Assembly (NCBI GenBank): GCA_046045965.1
Contig: JBJOKS010000025.1
Span: 34,188 to 98,187 of the forward strand
DNA: 64,000 bases
From: Cyanobacteriota bacterium
GTDB lineage: Bacteria > Cyanobacteriota > Cyanobacteriia > Cyanobacteriales > Nostocaceae
Direction: 5' to 3'
Part shown: positions 39,629 through 50,466 of the stretch, piece after piece
How the letters are laid out: every line of letters begins with the position of its first letter
Position numbering within the stretch: the stretch's first letter is position 1
Translations under genes and position numbers: made by a program
Notes under the pieces: generated by a model
Databases searched by the model: none
What the model was told of the DNA's origin: nothing
What the model saw: the letters and a program-made list of their open reading frames with translations, nothing else

Positions 39629-41707
39629 TTAGAAATGAGAATGAATTGGTAAGGTAATGATAAATTTTGATCCTTGTCCTGGTTGACTCTGCGCTGTAAT
39701 AGTACCGTGATGACGTTCAATAATTTTGCGACAGATAGCTAAACCAATACCCGTACCTTCGTATTCACTGCGACCATGCAGCCGTTGAAAAACATGAAAA
39801 ATACGGTCAAGATATTTTTCTGCAAAACCAATACCATTATCTTCAACAATGATTTGATAATAGGCATTACTAACAGAGAAATCATGAATATGATTGTTGA
39901 AAAATTGACCATATATTTTAATGACTGGTGGTTGATTTTGACGATGAAATTTGAGAGCGTTACCAATAAGATTTTGCAGTAATTGACGCATTTGCAGAGG
40001 GTCGGCTTGAATAATAGATAATTCCCCTACTTCAATTTGTCCTTGTGTCTGCTGGATACGTACTTCTAAATCAGATAATACTTCTTGGATAATTTGTGTT
40101 AAATTTACTGGTACATAAGGCTGCGCCCTAGTTGTTACCCGTGAAAGTGTCAATAAGCCTTCAATTAAAGTTTGCATTCTCAGGGCTGCATTTTGCATCT
40201 TTTGTAAATAATCCCGTCCCTGTTCATTTAAAGAGTCTCGACAAGTGATTTGTAGACGCTCACCAAATGTTTTAATTTTCCGCAGTGGTTCTTGTAAATC
40301 GTGGGAAGCTATAAAAGCAAATTGTTGTAGTTCTTCATTAGAACGAGCGAGTTCTTGGCGTTGTTTGGTTTCTTGTTCCAAAATCAAACTTTGTGCTAAA
40401 GCAATACCAATTTGATCGGCCAGTTGTCCTAAAAGTCCAATTTCCCAGTTAGTCCATTGACGGGTATGTAAACATTGATGGGTTATTAGCAGTCCCCAAA
40501 GTTGATTTTGGCGGAAAATGGGGACGACGAGGTTAGCTTTAATGGCAAATTTTTGGAGAAATTCAATATGACAAGGTTGAATCTCTGCTTTTTCGATATC
40601 GCTAATAGCACTAATTCGCCCTTGGGTGTATTTTTGGATGTACTCTTCATTAAAACAATGATCAGTAATTTTCTGTCCCAGGATGACAGGTAAACCAGGA
40701 ACTACAGCTTCTTTAACTGCTAGGAAGGAACCATTACCGTTAAGTTGCAAAATTAAAACTCGATCAGCTTGGAGTAATTTTTGCACTTCTGTGACACTGG
40801 TTTGAAGAATTTCATCAATTTGTAAAGATTGACGAATTTTGAGGGTGATATTGGCGAATAATTGCGATCGCAGATTTTGCCGTTGTAATTCTGCTTCTGC
40901 TCGTTTGCGATCAGTCATATCCATCATTACACCAATCATCCGTACTGGCTTATTTGTCTGATCATGAACAATATAACCACGGTCAAAAATATAAGCATAA
41001 GTACCATCATTACGCAAAAAACGGTATTCATTTGACCAAAATTGTTGATCACTATTAATGACAGCACGCAAGTCAGCAGTAATACGTTGTCTATCATCTG
41101 GATGTATTCGTTCACGCCACCAAGTTGCATCCAAATTCACTTGTTCTGCGGTATAACCAAAAAGTGACTGTAGTGATTGATTCCACCATACCTGATTAGT
41201 GAGCAAATCCCAATCTCTGAATACATCATTAGTAGCCAGTGCAACTATTTGAAACCGTTCTTCACTTTTTTTTAGCGCCTCTTCCATCCTTTGATGTTCA
41301 ATTTGTTTACCCTTGGTGATATCCATATATACACCACATATTTGCAAGGGTTTTCCTGATGAGTCTTTTTCAACGACACCTTTACTGGCTAACCAGCGAA
41401 TACTACCATCAGCTAAAACTACTCGAAATTCAATTTCAAATGCTCCTCCGTCTTTAATAGCCTGTTGATAAGTGAGTTTAACTAATTCTCGGTCTTGGAT
41501 ATGAATGCAGTTGAAAATAGCTTGATATGTGGGATTAAAATTGTCTGTTTCTAAACCAAAAAGAGCTTCTAGATTTTCCGAGCTAGTAATTTCATTGCTT
41601 TGGATATCCAGGTTCCAAATGCTCATGCAAGCTGCGTCTAGTGCCATCCTAATTTGTGTTTCCCACTGATGCGCTTGCTCATTTTGTTTTGGTATTTCTT
41701 TAGCCAT
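39629..41707 (-). CDS. PAS-PAS-cyanobacteriochrome GAF (DXCF) histidine kinase
   Basis: Two PAS/PAC domains; GAF with ADRVLI, ITDHCF, QPCH, LWGLL..HQC; ASHDLQEPLRKI; GTGIGLAIC. Confidence 0.9.
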   Translation of the reverse strand: MAKEIPKQNEQAHQWETQIRMALDAACMSIWNLDIQSNEITSSENLEALFGLETDNFNPTYQAIFNCIHIQDRELVKLTYQQAIKDGGAFEIEFRVVLADGSIRWLASKGVVEKDSSGKPLQICGVYMDITKGKQIEHQRMEEALKKSEERFQIVALATNDVFRDWDLLTNQVWWNQSLQSLFGYTAEQVNLDATWWRERIHPDDRQRITADLRAVINSDQQFWSNEYRFLRNDGTYAYIFDRGYIVHDQTNKPVRMIGVMMDMTDRKRAEAELQRQNLRSQLFANITLKIRQSLQIDEILQTSVTEVQKLLQADRVLILQLNGNGSFLAVKEAVVPGLPVILGQKITDHCFNEEYIQKYTQGRISAISDIEKAEIQPCHIEFLQKFAIKANLVVPIFRQNQLWGLLITHQCLHTRQWTNWEIGLLGQLADQIGIALAQSLILEQETKQRQELARSNEELQQFAFIASHDLQEPLRKIKTFGERLQITCRDSLNEQGRDYLQKMQNAALRMQTLIEGLLTLSRVTTRAQPYVPVNLTQIIQEVLSDLEVRIQQTQGQIEVGELSIIQADPLQMRQLLQNLIGNALKFHRQNQPPVIKIYGQFFNNHIHDFSVSNAYYQIIVEDNGIGFAEKYLDRIFHVFQRLHGRSEYEGTGIGLAICRKIIERHHGTITAQSQPGQGSKFIITLPIHSHF

Positions 41708-41719
41708 TAGTAAGTGACT

Positions 41720-44545
41720 TTACTGTTGCTGACTTTTTACTGTATCTAGGGTTTTTAAAAGTTCTTGTACTGTGAAAGGTTTAGGTAAAAAAGTTATATT
41801 TTTCCATTGATTTTGAATGTTGAGATATTCACTGGTCACGAGTCCGCTGATAGCAATAATTCCCAGGCGTGGATTTATATTTTGCAATTTGTGAATAGTG
41901 TTTATGCCATCAAGATTTGGCATCATCATATCTACTATTGCTGTCTTAATTTTATCTTGATTTTGCCTATATAATTCTATGGCTTTCTCTCCATCACTAG
42001 CAGTAATTATCTGGTAATTATGATTTTCTAATGAATTTCTGGTAATATCCAGAATAGAAGTTTCGTCATCTACCAATAAAATCCATTCTCCATTACCAGT
42101 AGGCATTTCCATTGCTGGTAATGATTCGGTAACTTCTGTATATACCGCTGGCAAATATACATGAAATTCTGTACCTTTCCCAACTAAACTAGATACAGTT
42201 ATAAAACCATCATGACCTTTAATAATGCCTATAACTGTTGATAGTCCTAGTCCCGTACCTTTGCCAAATTCTTTAGTTGTAAAAAAAGGTTCAAATATTC
42301 TATCTAATATGCTACTGTGAATACCAATGCCTGTGTCTATAACCCTGATGATAATATAATAACCAATTTTCGCATCTGGATGAATTTTAATAAAGGTTTC
42401 ATCAATCCAAATATTCTCAGCAGTTATTGTTAAAATACCACCGTTGGGCATAGCATCACGAGCATTGAGACACAAATTCATCAGCACTTGATCTAATTGG
42501 GTAATATCACCAAAAACTGGGTAGAGTTCTTCCTGAATTTTCTTATCAAATTTAATTGATTTTGGGAATGTTTGGACAACAATTTGCTGCATTTCTGAGA
42601 GCAAATACTTGACTTGAATTACTGTGCGATTACCTGGAATTCCCCTGGCAAAAGATAGAACTTGCTTAACTAAATTAGCACCCCGTTTGGCATTACTTTC
42701 TATGATTGAGATAATCTCCTTAAATTCTGGGTCATGATATTTATTTTTGAGTATATGGATTGACATCAAAATTGGTGATAATACATTATTTAAATCATGA
42801 GCAATTCCACTAGCTAAAGTACCAATACTCTCCATCCGTTGAGCGCGTAAAAATTGTTGTTCTAACTGTTTTTTCTGGGTAATATCAGTTTCAACAATTA
42901 AGATTGATTTAGATTGATGATACTCATCATGTACTAAACTCCAGCAACTTTCTACAATAATTTCTGTGCCAAATTTGGTGTTTTTTGTTAATTCTCCTTG
43001 CCATAAACCTTGTATTAAGACAGTTTGATAAATTTCCTGTTGTTGGGATAGGGGTTCATCAACCCAAATTTGATTAGCATTTTTGTCGATAACTTCTTCT
43101 GATTTCCAACCATACAATTTCTCGGCGCTGTTGTTCCATAATAAAATTTTGTTGTCTAAATCTCTGACTATAATGGCATCTGTGGCAATATTGAGTAATG
43201 CGGCTTGTTCACGCAACTTTTGTTCTACTTGTTTACGGGCTGTGATATCTTCAAAGATATATAATCGCCCAAAATATTTATCATTTGTATCCCGAACTTG
43301 GGTAGAAAAACGCCGGATAATCAGCCCATCATTGCAGCAAATTTCATCTTCAACAACACAGCGATTATTTTCATCCTGTAGAGGTTGACATGATGCAGCA
43401 AAGGCGGGAATATCTAAGATTAATTTCAAGCATTCAGGAATAATATCTTGATTTTTTAATTCCCGGTTTTCCATGCTTTCTTTGAGATGTTGGATTTTCC
43501 AAATTTCACAAAAGCGATCATTAAAATAAAGGATATTATCTGTGCGATTATCAACAATATAAAATCCTAGTGGTGAAACACTATTCATGGAGCGCAAAAG
43601 TGCTTCTTGCCAACGTAATTCATCTTCTGTTTGCTTGCGTTCAGTAATATCTTCTACTATATAAGAAAATCGCTGCTGACTATGATTGTTTTTGGGAATT
43701 GCTGAAACTGTTGCTGATAACCAATTTACTCCTTGAGGAGTTTCATGGGCATATTCAAATCTCACAGGTGCTTGGGTAATTTCTGCTTGACGATAATAAT
43801 TAATCCATTGATTTAAATGCCTGATATCTGTACCCATCTCCCGCGCTAGACGATTTTGCATGGCTTGTGGGGTGAGTCCCAAAAATTTTGCAGTTTGGGG
43901 ATTATCAGAAATATGTAAAATGTCGTTATCAACTAACTCTACTATTCCCATCATCATCGGCGCAGTCTCAAAGAAACTGTGCAAGGTAGATTCACTTTGA
44001 TGAAGTGCTTTTTGTGCTTGTTTATATTCTGAATTTATTCGCGATATTTCTTTTAAAAAGCGGCGAATTTCTAATTGTTTAACAATAAGGCGAGCAAGAG
44101 ATTGGAGTCCTGCTAATTGCTTTGGGCTGATTTGCCGTGCAACTTGATCTGCTATACATAAAGTGCCAATAATCTGTTTTTCTGAAACCACTAAAGGCAC
44201 ACCAGCATAAAATCTAATATGTGGTTCAGAAATAACTACATTTGCTGTGGCAAAGCGTTTATCTGCCAAGGTATCAGGAATAATTAACACATCGCCTTGC
44301 TGAAGACAAGCCTGACAAAAACCACTATCTAAGGGCATTTCCTGGTAATCTAATCCTACTTTTGCCTTGAACCATTGACGCTTGGCATCTATGAGACTAA
44401 TTAAAGCAATGGGGGCGCTGCAAATTTGAGCGGCTAAGGATGCTAAATCATCAAAAGCTTGTTCTGGTTCAGTATCCAGAATGTCGTATTGGTGAAGAAC
44501 TTCAAGCCTCACTGTTTCATTGTTAGACATTGGGAATTTCATCAA
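41720..44545 (-). CDS. Hybrid histidine kinase GAF-PAS(x3)-HisKA-HATPase-REC
   Basis: RLEVLHQYDILDT..FYAGVPL GAF, PAS repeats, GIAHDLNN, NARDAMP, ILLVDDE. Confidence 0.92.
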   Translation of the reverse strand: MMKFPMSNNETVRLEVLHQYDILDTEPEQAFDDLASLAAQICSAPIALISLIDAKRQWFKAKVGLDYQEMPLDSGFCQACLQQGDVLIIPDTLADKRFATANVVISEPHIRFYAGVPLVVSEKQIIGTLCIADQVARQISPKQLAGLQSLARLIVKQLEIRRFLKEISRINSEYKQAQKALHQSESTLHSFFETAPMMMGIVELVDNDILHISDNPQTAKFLGLTPQAMQNRLAREMGTDIRHLNQWINYYRQAEITQAPVRFEYAHETPQGVNWLSATVSAIPKNNHSQQRFSYIVEDITERKQTEDELRWQEALLRSMNSVSPLGFYIVDNRTDNILYFNDRFCEIWKIQHLKESMENRELKNQDIIPECLKLILDIPAFAASCQPLQDENNRCVVEDEICCNDGLIIRRFSTQVRDTNDKYFGRLYIFEDITARKQVEQKLREQAALLNIATDAIIVRDLDNKILLWNNSAEKLYGWKSEEVIDKNANQIWVDEPLSQQQEIYQTVLIQGLWQGELTKNTKFGTEIIVESCWSLVHDEYHQSKSILIVETDITQKKQLEQQFLRAQRMESIGTLASGIAHDLNNVLSPILMSIHILKNKYHDPEFKEIISIIESNAKRGANLVKQVLSFARGIPGNRTVIQVKYLLSEMQQIVVQTFPKSIKFDKKIQEELYPVFGDITQLDQVLMNLCLNARDAMPNGGILTITAENIWIDETFIKIHPDAKIGYYIIIRVIDTGIGIHSSILDRIFEPFFTTKEFGKGTGLGLSTVIGIIKGHDGFITVSSLVGKGTEFHVYLPAVYTEVTESLPAMEMPTGNGEWILLVDDETSILDITRNSLENHNYQIITASDGEKAIELYRQNQDKIKTAIVDMMMPNLDGINTIHKLQNINPRLGIIAISGLVTSEYLNIQNQWKNITFLPKPFTVQELLKTLDTVKSQQQ

Positions 44546-44795
44546 ATTTTTCCTACTAATTAATAATTATTCCCGTTTTCTAGATTTATCAAACAGGCAA
44601 CTTTCAAATACTGTCTGCTTAAATTTTAATTGCAAATTGGTGACTCCTTTCCTACGCATTGTAGCAATTCTGATCTTTTGTTAGCGTTAACGGCACGCAT
44701 GAATGTTAACACGCAGTGTATAGCACTTAATAAAATTTTGTATAGTATGAGAATATATTAATTGAGTATGCCATCAACTGACTCAGAACCCACCA

Positions 44796-45272
44796 ATGAA
44801 AACCCCACTTGCATTTCTCATCAAACCTAAAGCTGAAGATAGTTTTGGCGTTACCTTAGCTCCATTGTCTCTTGAAGAAATATATTCCAAAGCTGATGAT
44901 CCAGCTAATGGTGCAGTGGTGGTGATGAGTGGGATGGTTCGTAATCAAACTGATGGTAAAGCTGTGGTAGCTTTAGAGTATCAAGCTTATGAACCGATGG
45001 CTTTACAGGTATTTTATCAAATTGCGGCTGATATTCGCGGACAATGGTCTGATGTGAGTCGGGTAGTTATATATCATCGCATTGGGCGGTTAAAAATTGG
45101 GGAAATCAGTGTTTTAGTAGCGGTAGGGTGTCCCCATCGTGGTGAGGCTTTTGCGGCTTGTCAGTATGCAATAGATACTCTTAAACATAATGCACCGATA
45201 TGGAAAAAGGAACATTGGCAAGATGGTTCTAGTTCCTGGGTGAGTATTGGTGCTTGTGAAAAGGAATGTTGA
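44796..45272 (+). CDS. moaE: Molybdopterin synthase catalytic subunit MoaE
   Basis: GAVVVMSGMVRN, LEYQAY, HRIGRL, PHRGEAF, APIWKKE. Confidence 0.95.
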   Translation: MKTPLAFLIKPKAEDSFGVTLAPLSLEEIYSKADDPANGAVVVMSGMVRNQTDGKAVVALEYQAYEPMALQVFYQIAADIRGQWSDVSRVVIYHRIGRLKIGEISVLVAVGCPHRGEAFAACQYAIDTLKHNAPIWKKEHWQDGSSSWVSIGACEKEC

Positions 45273-45456
45273 TACAACGGGCATAAATAATTTGTGAACA
45301 GTATTTACCACCAGACTACCTAGCAAGAAATTTACAACAACTTTAAAAAAAGTCTGGCACTTTCATGGTAATGTTTTTGGCTAGTAGATGAAAATTAACC
45401 AATCCTGGGGTGATGGCAACGTCCACCGCAGGCAACGCTCCTACTAGCTAATCTAT

Positions 45457-46968
45457 ATGTTATTTAATTCTTCAGTTTTTATATTGGCTTTTCTGCCGAT
45501 AACACTGCTGGTATTGTGGCTATTGAGCAAATTTAGATTAAATAAATTTGTACTCCCTTGGCTGCTGATAACTTCCATATTTTTCTATTCTTATTGGAAT
45601 CTTTTTTCGCCAGCAGGACAAGCAGCAACCCCTGGATATATTTTATTGATTATTCTGTCTGTGGTTTTTAATCATCAAATGGGTATGGCGATCGCCTCTG
45701 CCCAACCCTTTAGCAAACGTGCTAAACTTTTGTTGATTATTGGTAGTGTCATTAATGTCAGCATGATTGCATATTATAAATATGCAAATTTCTTTTTATC
45801 GACCGTTGGTAGTGTATTTTCAGCTAACTGGAATGTGGGTAATTTAATCCTTCCCTTGGGGATTTCTTTTTACACTTTTACCCAAATTGCTTATTTAGTT
45901 GATGCCTATCGTGGGGAAATTAAAGGACAAAATTATGATTTACCTACTTACGCGTTGTTTATTCTTTTCTTCCCTCAACTTATTGCTGGTCCAATCTTGC
46001 GCCATGATGAACTAATACCCGAACTGCGGAAGTTAAAAGATTTTGTATTTTCTGGTAAAAACTTTGCTTTAGGACTGACAATATTCACTATAGGTTTAGC
46101 AAAAAAAATTATCATCGCTGATACTTTATCCCAGTGGGCAACCCCAGTATTTAGCAATGCTGATAATGCCACATTTATTGAAGCCTGGGTAGGAGCTTTA
46201 TCATATACACTTCAACTATATTTTGATTTTTCAGGTTATTCAGATATGGCGGTTGGCTTAGGATTTATGTTTAATACTAATCTACCCGTCAACTTTAATT
46301 CACCTTATAAAGCTACCTCAATTACTGAATTTTGGCGACGTTGGCATATTACCCTTTCTAACTTTTTGCGAGATTATTTGTATATTCCCTTGGGAGGAAG
46401 TCGGAAAGGAGAAATACGACGTTATGCCAACTTAATGATTACAATGTTATTAGGAGGATTATGGCATGGCGCAGGTTGGACATTTGTGATTTGGGGAGGT
46501 TTACAAGGTTTATTATTATCAATAAATCATGGTTGGCGAAAATTTAATATTAAAATTCCGGCATTTGTAGCTTGGTTGATGACATTTTTCATGGTGATAG
46601 TGGGTTGGGTAATTTTCCGCGCTCAGAATTTACCGGATGCGATCGCAATTCTGAAAACAATGTCAGGTATGAATGGGATAGTTATCCCTGGTGCGCCTGG
46701 TGGTAAATTGTCTATGCTGTCTCAATTTGGCATTCAAGTTCAAGAATGGAGTAAGCTAACTTATTTACCTGAATTTTTTGATAAACAATCTTTAAGCTTT
46801 GTTGTCTTATTTGCACTCATGATTGCTGTTACATTCCTTCCTAATACCCAGGAAATCAGCAATAAAATGACTTTTAACAAATGGTGGGGAATTGGTATTG
46901 GTTTATTGGCTGGTTATTGTATACTCTCCCTTAACCGTGTTTCTGAATTCCTCTACTTCCAATTTTAA
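45457..46968 (+). CDS. MBOAT O-acyltransferase (AlgI/DltB/PatA-like)
   Basis: LPLGISFYTF, FFPQLIAGPI, YFDFSGYSDMA, EFWRRWHITLS, GLWHGAGW. Confidence 0.95.
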   Translation: MLFNSSVFILAFLPITLLVLWLLSKFRLNKFVLPWLLITSIFFYSYWNLFSPAGQAATPGYILLIILSVVFNHQMGMAIASAQPFSKRAKLLLIIGSVINVSMIAYYKYANFFLSTVGSVFSANWNVGNLILPLGISFYTFTQIAYLVDAYRGEIKGQNYDLPTYALFILFFPQLIAGPILRHDELIPELRKLKDFVFSGKNFALGLTIFTIGLAKKIIIADTLSQWATPVFSNADNATFIEAWVGALSYTLQLYFDFSGYSDMAVGLGFMFNTNLPVNFNSPYKATSITEFWRRWHITLSNFLRDYLYIPLGGSRKGEIRRYANLMITMLLGGLWHGAGWTFVIWGGLQGLLLSINHGWRKFNIKIPAFVAWLMTFFMVIVGWVIFRAQNLPDAIAILKTMSGMNGIVIPGAPGGKLSMLSQFGIQVQEWSKLTYLPEFFDKQSLSFVVLFALMIAVTFLPNTQEISNKMTFNKWWGIGIGLLAGYCILSLNRVSEFLYFQF

Positions 46969-47013
46969 AACTTCCAATTTTAAAACCCAGTGTAATCTTA
47001 TTAACTATTTGCC

Positions 47014-48237
47014 ATGAGTTCTTCTCCTTCTTCTGAAATAAAAAATATTTCTGAAAATAAACCAAGCAAGTCTGATAGTTTTGCCAACTTTAATAAGTGG
47101 TTTTTATTGACTATATCCATATCTATTTTCATGGTTGTCAGTGTTAATTTTGTCATTGATCCTTATGGAATATATAGAAGTCCCTATTTTTTGGGAATTA
47201 ATCATGAAAAACCGAAAAAACAATTCAATGATCGTTTATATAAAGCTATTGATATTATTCGTATTAAACCATTGACTGTATTTCTAGGTTCATCAAGAAC
47301 TAAACAGGGATTAGATCCTAATCATCCAGCTTTATCTAATGCTCAACCTACTTATAATCTTGCTCTTGATGGTGCTAATCCCTACGAAATGCGGCGTTAT
47401 TTAGAACATACTATCAAAAATCAGCCTAATCTAAAAAAAGTAATCGTTGGCATTGATTTTTTTATGTTTAATGAATTATTAGGTAATCAACCTGGTTTTG
47501 ATGAAAATAGGTTAGAAAAGACTTATTTGATTCCTGCTGATATTATGAATTCTCTATTTTCCATAGATACTTTAGATGTAAGTAAGGAAACAATATTGGC
47601 GAGTTTGAATAAACCCAATAGAGAACAAAGCTATGGTGCAAATGGGTTTGTACCCCATAGTAAATATAAAGATGGAGGAACTAAAGGTAGATTTAGCAAT
47701 GCTATTAATGTATACTTTAATTTCCATCATCAATATAAATTTTCTGATAAATATTTTGATGATTTTCAGAAAATTGTCAATCTTTGCCGCGAAAAAAACA
47801 TAAAATTAATTATTTTTATCTCTCCCTCTCATGCTATTCAATGGGAATCTATCAGAGCTACTGGAGAATGGGAAACCTTTGAAAAATGGAAAAGGAAAGT
47901 TGTACAGGTAACTCCTGTATGGGATTTTTCTGGATATAATTCAATTACTACGGAAAAGTTGAATGATGTAATGGAAAACTATGCAGATAGTTCACACTAC
48001 ACTGCACCAGTTGGTAATTTAATACTTAACCGTATTCTTGGTTATCAAGAAAATAAATTACCAGCGGATTTTGGTGTTTTATTAACTCAAGAAAATATTG
48101 AATCTCACTTAGATAAAATCCGCAGTCATAGAGAAGAATGGGTAAAAAACCGCAAAAATGAATTAGAGTTAGTGCAAACTCTGGAAAAGAAATTTGTGGA
48201 GAATAAAAATCAGAATCAGAGGAATCAGAAACAATAA
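47014..48237 (+). CDS. Membrane-anchored SGNH-like partner of the MBOAT (DltD/AlgJ-like), paralog 1
   Basis: N-terminal TM, VFLGSSR block-I Ser, DSSHY (DxxH) near the C-terminus. Confidence 0.75.
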   Translation: MSSSPSSEIKNISENKPSKSDSFANFNKWFLLTISISIFMVVSVNFVIDPYGIYRSPYFLGINHEKPKKQFNDRLYKAIDIIRIKPLTVFLGSSRTKQGLDPNHPALSNAQPTYNLALDGANPYEMRRYLEHTIKNQPNLKKVIVGIDFFMFNELLGNQPGFDENRLEKTYLIPADIMNSLFSIDTLDVSKETILASLNKPNREQSYGANGFVPHSKYKDGGTKGRFSNAINVYFNFHHQYKFSDKYFDDFQKIVNLCREKNIKLIIFISPSHAIQWESIRATGEWETFEKWKRKVVQVTPVWDFSGYNSITTEKLNDVMENYADSSHYTAPVGNLILNRILGYQENKLPADFGVLLTQENIESHLDKIRSHREEWVKNRKNELELVQTLEKKFVENKNQNQRNQKQ

Positions 48238-48318
48238 AGTATAAAAGTCATGGGAAAATATCTTTGGTTACATCAAGGTGATTAAGCATAATTTACTTTA
48301 ATAAAACAACTAAACTAT

Positions 48319-49545
48319 ATGAGTAGTTCACCTTTGTCTGATTTGACTAATACTTCTGAACCTGGATCGAAAAAATTTGCTAATTATCCCAACTTCAATA
48401 AATGGTTTTTATTAACTCTAGCTATATCAATTTTGATTGTAGTAAGTTTTAATGCAGTAGTTGATCCTTACGGAATTTATAAAACTCCCAATTTTTTGGG
48501 TATTAATCATGTAAAAACTCAAAAACATTTAAATGACCGCTTATATAAAGCAATTGATGTTATTCGTATTAAACCACTGACTATATTTTTAGGAACATCA
48601 AGAACTAAACAAGGTTTAGATCCAAGTCATTCTGGCTTATCTCATGCTCAACCTGCGTACAACCTGGCTATTGATAGTGCTAATCCTTACGAAGTAATGC
48701 GCTATTTACAACATAGTATTAAAAATCAACCTCATCTCAAACAAGTAATTTTGGGAATTGATTTTTTTACGTTTAGTGAATTACTTGATAATCGACCTGG
48801 TTTTGATGAAAATAGGTTAGAAAAAACTTATTTAATTCCCGCTGATATTATGAATTCTCTATTTTCATTAGATACTTTTGCAGTCAGTAAGGAAACAATG
48901 TTGGCTAGTTTAAAGGAGCCTAACAAAAATAAATATTCTGCTGGTGAAAATGGTTTTACACCTTATCTTCAATCTAAAGATGGCAAAACCAAAAGTAACT
49001 TTCAATACTCAATTAGTTTGTATTTGAATACTTATCATCAATATAAATTGTCAGATAAATATCTTAATTATTTTCAAAAGATTGTGAATATTTGCCGAGA
49101 AAAAAATATTAAATTAACTGTTTTTATTTCTCCTGCTCATGCTACTCAATGGGAAACTATCAAAGCTGTAGGAAAATGGCAAACTTTTGAAAACTGGAAA
49201 AGGAAAGTTGTGCAAGTAACTCCGGTTTGGGATTTTTCTGGATATAATACCATTACTACTGAAGAAATTAATGATGTGATGGAAAACTATCCCGATAGTT
49301 CCCATTACACCAAACCAGTTGGTGATTTAATCTTAAATCGGATTTTGGGCTATAAAGAAAACGAAGTACCAAAAGATTTTGGTGTTTTAATAAATAAAGA
49401 AAATATTGAATCTCACCTGGCTAAAATCCGTACAGATAGAGAAGAGTGGGTAAAAAATCGCCCAGATGATTCAGAGTTAGTGGAAAGTTTACACAGAAAA
49501 TTTGTTGAGAATCTAAAGAAAAATGATCAAAGGATACAAAGATAA
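48319..49545 (+). CDS. Membrane-anchored SGNH-like partner of the MBOAT, paralog 2
   Basis: IFLGTSR, DSSHY; long near-identical stretches shared with 47014-48237 (PGFDENRLEKTYLIPADIMNSLFS). Confidence 0.75.
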   Translation: MSSSPLSDLTNTSEPGSKKFANYPNFNKWFLLTLAISILIVVSFNAVVDPYGIYKTPNFLGINHVKTQKHLNDRLYKAIDVIRIKPLTIFLGTSRTKQGLDPSHSGLSHAQPAYNLAIDSANPYEVMRYLQHSIKNQPHLKQVILGIDFFTFSELLDNRPGFDENRLEKTYLIPADIMNSLFSLDTFAVSKETMLASLKEPNKNKYSAGENGFTPYLQSKDGKTKSNFQYSISLYLNTYHQYKLSDKYLNYFQKIVNICREKNIKLTVFISPAHATQWETIKAVGKWQTFENWKRKVVQVTPVWDFSGYNTITTEEINDVMENYPDSSHYTKPVGDLILNRILGYKENEVPKDFGVLINKENIESHLAKIRTDREEWVKNRPDDSELVESLHRKFVENLKKNDQRIQR

Positions 49546-49790
49546 TTAGGTAATGAGCTAATACAAATTTTATGTAAACAAAAATATCCCCGAACTTTTG
49601 ATAAGTCTAGTATATTAACAGGGTGATAGTCTCCCAAATGAGAACCTGCGTGTAAAAATACTTAACAATACCAGCAGCTTTTGTTGCAATCATTTACAAT
49701 ATTTCAGTTTGTAACTATTTTGTGCAACCTCAAGGAATATGCCTTTAGACTAATGTCGATCCAGACATCATCAGATGGGAATAAAGGCAA

Positions 49791-50111
49791 ATGTGTTTAA
49801 TAAATCTCTTTTGTCACGAGTTTGTGGTTGCTGTTTCCTTTGTAGCTTGCATTGCTGGTCTATGGTTACTACGGGAGAACAAGAAACAAAAAGATGAAGC
49901 GCAAGCAACAGAAGAAGTTCTGTTAAGAATGAGCTTTGCTTACTGGCTTGTTTACTGTATCGCTTTTGGGATTGAGAAAATGGTTTTACCGAATTGGGAA
50001 AGTTTAACCATGACTTTAAAAATTACTACAGCTTTGTCATATTTTTTAACTTTTTCTTGTATTCTCAGTTTGCCATTATATAAATTTGCTGTGCATGAAA
50101 TTGAGGAATAG
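49791..50111 (+). CDS. Small hypothetical membrane protein (3 TM)
   Basis: 106-aa ATG ORF with three hydrophobic segments, followed by a hairpin. Confidence 0.65.
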   Translation: MCLINLFCHEFVVAVSFVACIAGLWLLRENKKQKDEAQATEEVLLRMSFAYWLVYCIAFGIEKMVLPNWESLTMTLKITTALSYFLTFSCILSLPLYKFAVHEIEE

Positions 50112-50123
50112 TCAAATATCAAA

Positions 50124-50146
50124 AGAGGAGCTTTTTTAACTCCTCT
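50124..50146. terminator. Probable bidirectional terminator hairpin
   Basis: AGAGGAG-9 nt-CTCCTCT between convergent ORFs. Confidence 0.55.
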
Positions 50147-50164
50147 CCTGATTATTTGTTATAT

Positions 50165-50461
50165 TCATGCAATTTTCATAGCAACAGCGATCGCTGTTTC
50201 CAGTTGCTCTTGTGCTAAAGTTGTGAGGATAAATACCTCTTGCACCGTCTTACCCTGCCGTGCGATAACTTTATAACCCCCGCGAATGGGTACAGACACA
50301 CGCAGCTGCATTTTAGGAGCATGACCTTTCACTCGTCCAATTACTGCTGGCGTTACAGTGTGAATGCCATCATACTGACATAAACGTTCTAAAATAGGAA
50401 TTAGACCAGAAATGTGGGTAGAGTGATTCCAAACAAGTCTACCATCCGTGGGTTTGCTCAT
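50165..50461 (-). CDS. DUF2103-like protein; likely start ATG at 50461 (MSKPTDGRLVWNHSTH)
   Basis: GRLVWNHSTHI.GLIP.LERL, PIRGGYKVIARQGKTVQEVF; directly downstream of clpS. Confidence 0.8.
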   Translation of the reverse strand: MSKPTDGRLVWNHSTHISGLIPILERLCQYDGIHTVTPAVIGRVKGHAPKMQLRVSVPIRGGYKVIARQGKTVQEVFILTTLAQEQLETAIAVAMKIA

Positions 50462-50466
50462 GATGA

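Noticed and set aside
45407..45452. Fluoride riboswitch-like sequence (GGTGATGG..CACC..CCTAC) upstream of the MBOAT gene
   Set aside because: The pseudoknot-forming segments are not complementary, GCTRATGAC is not correctly placed, and the downstream gene is atypical; an Rfam scan would settle it
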